From: Paenibacillus macerans
GTDB lineage: Bacteria; Bacillota; Bacilli; Paenibacillales; Paenibacillaceae
Direction: 5' to 3'
Assembly (NCBI RefSeq): GCF_050565405.1
Contig: NZ_JBNYYG010000008.1
Span: 100,677 to 132,676, forward strand
Length of the DNA stretch: 32,000 bases
A program made the position numbers and the translations under genes. Within the stretch, counting starts at the first letter, position 1; the number at the start of each line of letters is the position of its first letter. Shown here in pieces: positions 26,422 to 32,000 of the stretch. Below the pieces are notes generated by a model. The model saw nothing but the letters and a program-made list of their open reading frames with translations. It was not told the origin of the DNA and made no database searches.

Positions 26422-26691
26422 TTAGATCCGGTGCATCGTATTAAAAATATCTTCGTGCTGCAGCTTGATCTCCACGCCGATGGACTTGCCCAGCTCCTGA
26501 AGCTCCTCTACGAGCCGCTCGAAGCCTTTGGCCGGCGCCGTAATATCAACGATCATCATCATGTTGAAATACCCTTGAATGATCGTCTGCGAAATATCCA
26601 GTATGTTGACGTTGTTGTCGGCCAGATACGTGCACACCTTGGCGATGATACCGACTTTGTCCTTGCCCAGAACCGTAATGATTCCCTTCAA
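26422..26691 (-). CDS. ACT-domain protein, UPF0237 family
   Basis: TTG start at 26691, 6 nt after SD GGGGGAA (26704-26698). This gives 89 aa beginning (M)[35 protein letters not shown]. The 30 upstream codons of the tracked ORF are not typical of the family. Confidence 0.8.
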   Translation of the reverse strand: MKGIITVLGKDKVGIIAKVCTYLADNNVNILDISQTIIQGYFNMMMIVDITAPAKGFERLVEELQELGKSIGVEIKLQHEDIFNTMHRI

Positions 26692-26752
26692 CGAAACTTC
26701 CCCCTTTGGATGCGACTCTACTGTAATGTGAGACGAGTCATCTGCTTCGCTT

Positions 26753-26781
26753 ATTATGGCAAAAGAACGGGAATTGTTCAA
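26753..26781 (-). promoter_or_regulatory. Sigma-A-type promoter of the ACT-UPF0210-GTPase operon
   Basis: On the minus strand: TTGAAC (26781-26776), a 17-nt spacer, then CATAAT (26758-26753). Confidence 0.5.
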
Positions 26782-26800
26782 TAACGACGTTCACAGATGA

Positions 26801-27298
26801 TTAGATCCGCTTTGACGGTACGGAAAAATAACTCATTTCCGCAGGCGAGACCGGTTTGGATTTCGATGTTCCCCTCGTTTCCTCGGAATTTCCGGTTTGG
26901 ATTTCCTCCGGGCAGTCCTGGCGGTATTTCCTTTCTTCCAGCTTCCGATCGATAAAATCGACCACCTGCTGCAGCGAGTCGATTTGACGGATGATATTTT
27001 CCCGGTGCCGTTTCATAAAATCCACCAACTCGGGATAGTCCGCGGGATCGGCGTCGGCGGAAACTCGCAAGAAGGGGCGCATTTCTTCCAGCGGCATCCC
27101 GGTTTTCTTCAGGCAGCCTATCAGCTTGAGCGTTTCGATATCCTCTGGCCGATAGACGCGATGTCCGTTGTCCTTCCGCTCCGCTCGCGGCAGCAGCGAG
27201 ATTTTCTCGTAATATCGGATCGTATCCTCGGAAATGCCGGATTGTTCGGCGGTTTGCTTAATCGTAAATGTTGCGTTTCGAGGCAAATTCATGCTCAT
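26801..27298 (-). CDS. MerR-family transcriptional regulator
   Basis: MerR HTH (FTIKQTAEQSGISEDTIRYYEKISLLP). SD GGAGGG lies 6 nt before ATG 27298; the tracked GTG at 27301 is too close to the SD. Confidence 0.85.
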   Translation of the reverse strand: MSMNLPRNATFTIKQTAEQSGISEDTIRYYEKISLLPRAERKDNGHRVYRPEDIETLKLIGCLKKTGMPLEEMRPFLRVSADADPADYPELVDFMKRHRENIIRQIDSLQQVVDFIDRKLEERKYRQDCPEEIQTGNSEETRGTSKSKPVSPAEMSYFSVPSKRI

Positions 27299-27339
27299 CA
27301 CGTTCCCTCCTATGTCCTTCCGGGACGGCTTTGTTAAGC

Positions 27340-27437
27340 ATTATACAACTTGGATCTGGCTCCAAGTCAAGGAGGCTGGCGGCAGCAAAAAAACGTATTC
27401 CAACGCTTGACTTGGAGTCGGCTCCAATATATAAACT
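27340..27437. promoter_or_regulatory. Back-to-back divergent MerR-type promoters with dyad operators
   Basis: Minus strand: TTGACT (27370-27365), 19-nt spacer TGGAGCCAGATCCAAGTTG, TATAAT (27345-27340). Plus strand: TTGACT (27407-27412), TGGAGTCGGCTCCAATATA, then TAAACT (27432-27437), or TATAAA with a 17-nt spacer. Both spacers carry TTGGA-N6-TCCAA. Confidence 0.65.
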
Positions 27438-27490
27438 GTTCCCTATCGGCGGGAGTACGATCCCGCAAACCAATCTGGAGGGGAATTCAC

Positions 27491-28348
27491 ATGCATACGA
27501 ATGAACGGGAAAACATCGCGCTGATCACAGGCGCAAGCTCCGGCATCGGGCTGGAGCTTGCGCGGAAATTGCTTGACGAGGGCTGGCAGGTGGTTGCCCT
27601 GAACCGCTCCGATGTGCCGGCGGGAGAGATGAAGCTCCATAAAGCCGTCAATACCGGGCAGTTTCGGATCTATAAGACGGCCGATCTTACCGACTATGCC
27701 AGTTTGCGGCGTACGCTGGAGGAGATCAAAGCCAAAGAGCCGCGAATCGACGTGCTTTTCAACAACGCCGGTCGCAGCTTTCCGGATCTGACCTATTCCA
27801 AGCAAGGCCGGGAAAATCATTACGAGCTGATGACCGTCGTTCCCTTCATCATTTTGATGGAGCTGAAGGAACTCCTGCTTAACGGAAGCCATAAAACGGT
27901 TATCAACACTTCGTCTTCCGCGTTGAAAATGACCAAGGCATTTAATCTCGATCAGCTCGAGCGTCCGAAAACGTTCCGCAAACTAATCGGACCTTACGCC
28001 ACCTCCAAGCTGGCGCTTTCGTTATGGACGGGGGCGATCGCTCCGTTGCTCGGCCAGGAAGGCATCCTGATCCGCAGCGTCGATCCGGGCAGCAATAATA
28101 CGCTGCGCAAAGGCAAATCATCCGGCTTGCCCATCTGGCTAAAGCCGGTCATGAAGTTCTTTTTCGCACCGCCTACCCATGGGGCCGGCCGGCTTTACGA
28201 CGGCGCATTCGGAGAGCAGCGCGGCAAGACCGGCGTATTTTTGGTCAAGGGCCGGATCGCGGAAGTGAAATTCGGGGAACACGCACCGAACGTGCTGAAG
28301 CGAATAACGACGATTTACGAACGGGAGTTCCTGCAAGAAAGCCGATAA
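27491..28348 (+). CDS. Short-chain dehydrogenase/reductase (SDR) family oxidoreductase
   Basis: From ATG 27491 (SD GGAGGGGA) the product starts MHTNERENIALITGASSGIGLELARKL (TGxxxGIG). NNAG and Y-x-x-x-K (YATSK) motifs are present. 285 aa. Confidence 0.85.
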   Translation: MHTNERENIALITGASSGIGLELARKLLDEGWQVVALNRSDVPAGEMKLHKAVNTGQFRIYKTADLTDYASLRRTLEEIKAKEPRIDVLFNNAGRSFPDLTYSKQGRENHYELMTVVPFIILMELKELLLNGSHKTVINTSSSALKMTKAFNLDQLERPKTFRKLIGPYATSKLALSLWTGAIAPLLGQEGILIRSVDPGSNNTLRKGKSSGLPIWLKPVMKFFFAPPTHGAGRLYDGAFGEQRGKTGVFLVKGRIAEVKFGEHAPNVLKRITTIYEREFLQESR

Positions 28349-28386
28349 GGGCTATTTTCCTTACTCAGGTTTGACGGAAATCGGCT

Positions 28387-29940
28387 TCATCCGTTGGCGC
28401 CGGAGGGGTCGGTTTTTTCCCGATCTAGTAATTTTTCAATGATTTTTCTCGTTTGCCGTTCTTTTTGTTTGCGTACCGCCTCTTCTTCCTTCAACGCTTT
28501 AAGCAGCGAGACGCACATGCCGAGCATAATTACGGCAAATGGCAACGCGGCAACGATCGAAGCGGTCTGCAAGCCGTTTAAGCCGCCGCTGATCAATAAG
28601 ATCAACGCCATCAGCGATTGCAGGATACCCCAAACGATTTTGACTTTATTGGATGGATTCAGGTTCCCTTGAGACGACAGCATCCCCAGAACGAACGTTG
28701 CCGAGTCGGCGGAAGTAATGAAAAAGGTGATGATGAGCATGGTAGCAATGGCCGTTACCAGCAGACCGAAAGGGAGTTGTTCCAACGTTAAAAATAAAGC
28801 CGTCGTTACGTCCTCCTGAACGGCTTTGGCGAGCTCCACATGATTGAACATTTCCAGGTTTAGGCCGGTGCCGCCAAATACAGAGAACCACAGAAATCCG
28901 AAAACGCTCGGGACGAGCAGCACCCCCAGCACGAATTCCTTGATCGTCCGTCCCTTCGAAACACGGGCAATGAAGGTGCCGACAAACGGCGCCCAGGCGA
29001 TCCACCAAGCCCAGTAGAACAAAGTCCATAATCCAACCCAGGTTCCCTGCGTAAACGGAGTCAACCGCAAACTCATGACGATGAGGTTCTGCAGATATCC
29101 TCCCAGCGTGACGGTCAGCGTATCAAAAATAAACGAGGTTGGACCCGCAAATAACACAAACAGCATCAAAATTACCGCCATGACCAGGTTGGTGTTGCTC
29201 AAAATTCGTATTCCCTTATCCAGTCCCGTCGTCGCGGAGATCAGAAACAAGACGGTCACGACGCAAATGATCATCGCCTGAACCGTGATGTTATTGTCCC
29301 ATCCGAACAGATGATGCAACCCTCCGCTGATTTGAAGAGTCCCGAGCCCGAGTGAGGTGGCAACGCCGAAAGCCGTGGCAATAACGGCCAACACATCGAT
29401 GGTTTTACCGAGATAACCCTCGACGAGCTTCCTGCCCAAAAGCGGGATAAACGTCATGCTGATCAGTCCCTTGTAACCTTTGCGGAATTGGAAATAAGCC
29501 AAGGTCAGCGAGATGACGGTGTACACCCCCCAGGGATGGAGCCCCCAATGGAAAAACGAATACCGCATTGCCAATCGCGCGGCTAACGCAGTACCTCCTT
29601 TAGCCTCTTCCGGAGGAACGAGATAATGCGACAACGGCTCCGCTACGCCCCAAAACACCAGGCCGATCCCCATCCCGGCGCTGAATAGCATAGCAAACCA
29701 GGAGACCGTGGAATATTCCGGCTCGTCATCGTCCGACCCCAATTTGATTTGCCCGTATTTGCTGAAAGCCAAATAGAAGGAGAAACAAAGAAAGGCTAAC
29801 GTCGCCATCAAATAGAACCACCCGAAATTTACGGTTGAAAAAGACAGGGCTTGTTCTGCGGATGCGGCCATTTGTTCCGGAGCTACCGCGCCCCATAGGA
29901 CAAAAAGCAGGATTACCGCCAAAGAGATGTAGAATACCAT
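28387..29940 (-). CDS. BCCT-family (betaine/carnitine/choline) transporter
   Basis: 517 aa and polytopic. It carries the Trp-rich BCCT signature region (WTLFYWAWWIAWAPFVGTFIARVSKGRTIKEF). Confidence 0.9.
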   Translation of the reverse strand: MVFYISLAVILLFVLWGAVAPEQMAASAEQALSFSTVNFGWFYLMATLAFLCFSFYLAFSKYGQIKLGSDDDEPEYSTVSWFAMLFSAGMGIGLVFWGVAEPLSHYLVPPEEAKGGTALAARLAMRYSFFHWGLHPWGVYTVISLTLAYFQFRKGYKGLISMTFIPLLGRKLVEGYLGKTIDVLAVIATAFGVATSLGLGTLQISGGLHHLFGWDNNITVQAMIICVVTVLFLISATTGLDKGIRILSNTNLVMAVILMLFVLFAGPTSFIFDTLTVTLGGYLQNLIVMSLRLTPFTQGTWVGLWTLFYWAWWIAWAPFVGTFIARVSKGRTIKEFVLGVLLVPSVFGFLWFSVFGGTGLNLEMFNHVELAKAVQEDVTTALFLTLEQLPFGLLVTAIATMLIITFFITSADSATFVLGMLSSQGNLNPSNKVKIVWGILQSLMALILLISGGLNGLQTASIVAALPFAVIMLGMCVSLLKALKEEEAVRKQKERQTRKIIEKLLDREKTDPSGANG

Positions 29941-30102
29941 GCATTACCCCCCCGCTCCACTATTACTCAGCAAGTCATAGTGAAATGGTTCGCATGTAAA
30001 GGCCGATCTATGCAAAAAAAAATTCAGCGGCCGGGCTTGGCGCCAAGATCGCAATTAACTACACTACACCAGCCGCCCGACGGCTGCCAGGATATCGTCG
30101 AA

Positions 30103-30156
30103 CGTAAAAAAGAGATTTGTCTCCTCGCCTCTCAAGGCTACGCGGGAACAAATCTC
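30103..30156 (-). terminator. Rho-independent terminator of the GNAT gene
   Basis: Minus strand: AAGAGATTTGT (30156-30146) ... ACAAATCTCTT (30118-30108), followed by TTTTTT. Confidence 0.8.
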
Positions 30157-30166
30157 TTCTTCATGG

Positions 30167-30727
30167 TTAACGGTGGAGTCCTTTATCGTATTGTTTCTTC
30201 AACAATGCAAACAGGACGGCATCCACAAATTGATCTTTCTCGAAAAAGCACTCTTTCAGATACCCCTCTTCGTGGAATCCCGTCTTCTCCAGCAAATAAC
30301 GGGAACGGATGTTGTCCGGGTCGATATACGCTTCTATCCGGTTCAGCCCCAAATCTTCGAAGCCAAACCGCATGATCTCTTGCAATACCTCGGTCATCAC
30401 GCCCTGCCGCCAATAATCCGGATTCAGTTCATAGCCGACTTCGGCCTTATAATGCCCCTGCGACCAGTTATGAAAACCGCAGGTGCCGATGACCCGGTCG
30501 CTTTCCGATTTGACCGTTATCGCCCAACGGAAGCCCCGGCGCTCCAAATATCGGCTGTTCCAATTCTGGATGAGCTCCTCGGCCTGCTTCAGCTCCACAA
30601 GCCGCTCCAGATCGTAATATTTGGTCACCTCGTCGTTCGAGAAGTAGCGGAACAGATCTTCGGCATCGTCCGAGGTTAGCTTTCTAAGGATAAATCTTTC
30701 CGTTTCCAACTGCGGGAACAGTTTCAT
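30167..30727 (-). CDS. GNAT-family N-acetyltransferase (RimJ/RimL-like)
   Basis: 186 aa. Pattern: TERFILRKLTSDDAEDLF, then the acetyl-CoA motif region RQGVMTEVLQEIMRFGFEDLGLNRIEAYIDPDNIRSRYLLEKTGF. Confidence 0.85.
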   Translation of the reverse strand: MKLFPQLETERFILRKLTSDDAEDLFRYFSNDEVTKYYDLERLVELKQAEELIQNWNSRYLERRGFRWAITVKSESDRVIGTCGFHNWSQGHYKAEVGYELNPDYWRQGVMTEVLQEIMRFGFEDLGLNRIEAYIDPDNIRSRYLLEKTGFHEEGYLKECFFEKDQFVDAVLFALLKKQYDKGLHR

Positions 30728-30732
30728 CGCGA

Positions 30733-30784
30733 CCGGTCCTTTCCTATAAAGTTTACGTAAATCTATTATAGGTGAAGGACCCGG
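30733..30784 (-). repeat. Imperfect inverted repeat whose 3' arm (minus strand) contains the GNAT SD
   Basis: Minus strand: CCGGGTCCTTCACCTATAA, a 16-nt loop containing TTTACGTAAA, then TTATAGGAAAGGACCGG. ATG 30727 follows 5 nt later. 15 base pairs with two internal bulges. Confidence 0.5.
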
Positions 30785-30835
30785 CTGAAAGGAAGAGTCA
30801 ATCCAGGGCCGCAGCCCTAACGAATGACGGCGCGA

Positions 30836-31702
30836 TCAGCCTTGAATGGCCAGCTTGATGCCGATGCCGAAAGGGTCGGTTAGGCGAATTTCGCCGGCTT
30901 CCCGCTCATATGGCACCGCCGCTTCGATCAGACGGCTCTCCACCGCTTCAAGCGCCGGCGCGTCCGGCAGCGTCGTCGTGAAATAGCGCAGGCCGACCGC
31001 ATCCTCCGGCGCCGGTGGCGCTCCCGCGCCGGCCCACAGATTCAAGCCGATGTGATGATGGTAACCGCCCGCGGATACGAACAATGCCGCCCCGCCGTAG
31101 TGGGCGGTGATTTCGAATCCGAGGATCCGGCAGTAGAATTGCTCCGCCTTGCGCAAATCGCCGACGTGAAAATGCACATGCCCGATCCGAGTCCCTTCCG
31201 GAAGTCCTCTCCATTCCGCTTTCGCCGACAAGGTCAGCAAGCTTTCCACATCGACCGGATCCGTGGACATGACGTATTCTCCCTGCGCGTCTCTTTGCCA
31301 CGTCTCACGCGGGCGATCGGCGTAGATTTCAATCCCGTTCTGATCCGGGTCATTCAAATATAACGCTTCGCTGACGAGATGATCGCCTTGGCCTACCGGA
31401 ATCTGATGTTTGATCAAATTGCGCAGCGCGAGCCCCAGGGAATTCCGGTCCGGCAGCAAAATCGCGAAATGGTATAATCCCGATACCGATCTTTCGGGCA
31501 TGACGCGAAACTGCTCATTGGCTTCCAGAAACAGCAAAGGTCGTTGTCCGTCGGCGCTCAGCTCGGCCGTATGGCCGCTTTGCCGCAATACTTGGAAGCC
31601 GATCACCTCGCGATAGAAAGCGAGAGATTTCCCAAGATGGCGCACCTTCAGCCGTACGGCGCCGATTTGCGCGGCGGGATGAATGGGCAATGGATGAGTC
31701 AT
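30836..31702 (-). CDS. Two-domain VOC-family protein (glyoxalase/extradiol ring-cleaving dioxygenase-like)
   Basis: From ATG 31702 (SD AAGGAGGA 8 nt upstream) the product is 288 aa. It has two VOC modules (IGAVRLKVRHLGKSLAFYREVIGF...; RIGHVHFHVGDLRKAEQFYCRILGF...). Confidence 0.85.
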   Translation of the reverse strand: MTHPLPIHPAAQIGAVRLKVRHLGKSLAFYREVIGFQVLRQSGHTAELSADGQRPLLFLEANEQFRVMPERSVSGLYHFAILLPDRNSLGLALRNLIKHQIPVGQGDHLVSEALYLNDPDQNGIEIYADRPRETWQRDAQGEYVMSTDPVDVESLLTLSAKAEWRGLPEGTRIGHVHFHVGDLRKAEQFYCRILGFEITAHYGGAALFVSAGGYHHHIGLNLWAGAGAPPAPEDAVGLRYFTTTLPDAPALEAVESRLIEAAVPYEREAGEIRLTDPFGIGIKLAIQG

Positions 31703-31774
31703 GGATAAATTCCTCCTTGTTAATGAGGGAACGGCCGAACCAGGTCCGAGACGCCCCGCAAAGGTAACGTTCAA

Positions 31775-31838
31775 ATGTAACAACTCTAGTTACATCGACT
31801 ATTGTAATCAGTATAGTTACAGGCTTGGGGATTGTCAA
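31775..31838 (-). promoter_or_regulatory. Promoter plus downstream palindromic operator candidate for the VOC gene
   Basis: Minus strand: TTGACA (31838-31833), a 17-nt spacer, then TATACT (31815-31810). This is followed by the dyad ATGTAAC-N7-GTTACAT (31795-31775). Confidence 0.55.
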
Positions 31839-31883
31839 TGGCTCGCAAGCTGGTTTGATCTTGATCTAAAAAACGACGCATAA

Positions 31884-31907
31884 CAAAAAAAGCCCCAATA
31901 AGGGGCT
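31884..31907 (-). terminator. Rho-independent terminator of the gene entering from the right edge
   Basis: AGCCCC 31891-31896 / GGGGCT 31902-31907. The plus-strand A-run 31885-31890 becomes a T-run after the stem on the minus strand. Confidence 0.7.
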
Positions 31908-31945
31908 TATATCGTAGCTAGCGGTTAAGTCCATAAAACGCCTAT

Positions 31946-32000
31946 TTAAACGGCTTCCGAATTGGCCGAAATGTCGTCCACGATATCTTGAAGCGTTACG
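31946..32000 (-). CDS. 3' end of an unidentified CDS truncated by the window edge
   Basis: The minus frame reads ...VTLQDIVDDISANSEAV* with a stop at 31948-31946, followed by the terminator. Too short to identify. Confidence 0.3.
   Translation of the reverse strand, partial: VTLQDIVDDISANSEAV

Noticed and set aside
27350-27490. 47-codon N-terminal extension of the SDR ORF.
   Set aside because: It overlaps the divergent promoter/operator region. ATG 27491 has a strong SD and begins right at the Rossmann TGxxxGIG motif.
1-32000. Search by eye for CRISPR arrays, rRNA/tRNA genes, IS transposases, Tn1546 38-bp terminal repeats, and known defence-system genes.
   Set aside because: I saw no regularly spaced repeats, no cloverleaf-compatible tRNA sequence, no transposase-like ORF and no recognisable defence gene. 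A proper scan (tRNAscan-SE, Infernal, ISfinder, DefenseFinder) would be needed to confirm.

Overview
This window looks like an endospore-forming Firmicute with Paenibacillus-like traits: an SspH-type spore protein, an SLH-anchored 5'-nucleotidase, and a GC-rich backbone interrupted by AT-rich insets. The centrepiece is a complete vanA-type glycopeptide-resistance cluster, vanR-vanS-vanH-vanA-vanX (4827-9487). Its product lengths equal or nearly equal those of Tn1546, and the sequences resemble the Tn1546 proteins as I recall them. No Tn1546 transposase, resolvase or terminal repeats are visible, and there is no M15-type vanY or vanZ. Instead, vanX is followed by a ~110-bp scar of an asparagine-synthetase-like gene (an MCGIV start fused out of frame to a C-terminal tail). 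After that comes a serine-type (S11/PBP5-like, VanY-D-like) DD-carboxypeptidase broken by a +1 frameshift in an A7 run. The left flank carries a MITE-like 230-bp palindrome, a DsbA-family gene, a nitroreductase, an HxlR regulator, an internally deleted alpha/beta hydrolase, a cupin and an OYE flavoenzyme. The right flank carries a GntR/FadR regulator, an exported protein, two AT-rich islets (a small secreted protein; an ArsR-like regulator plus a membrane-anchored hydrolase) and a PhzF-family gene. It continues with an XerS-like tyrosine recombinase flanked by palindromic candidate core sites and a 21/22 direct repeat, two MerR/SDR divergent pairs (one with back-to-back 19-bp-spacer promoters), an ACT-UPF0210-Tet(M)-like GTPase operon, a BCCT transporter, a GNAT and a VOC dioxygenase. 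I saw no rRNA, tRNA or CRISPR array. All homology statements come from reading the translations and from memory of the families; no search was run.
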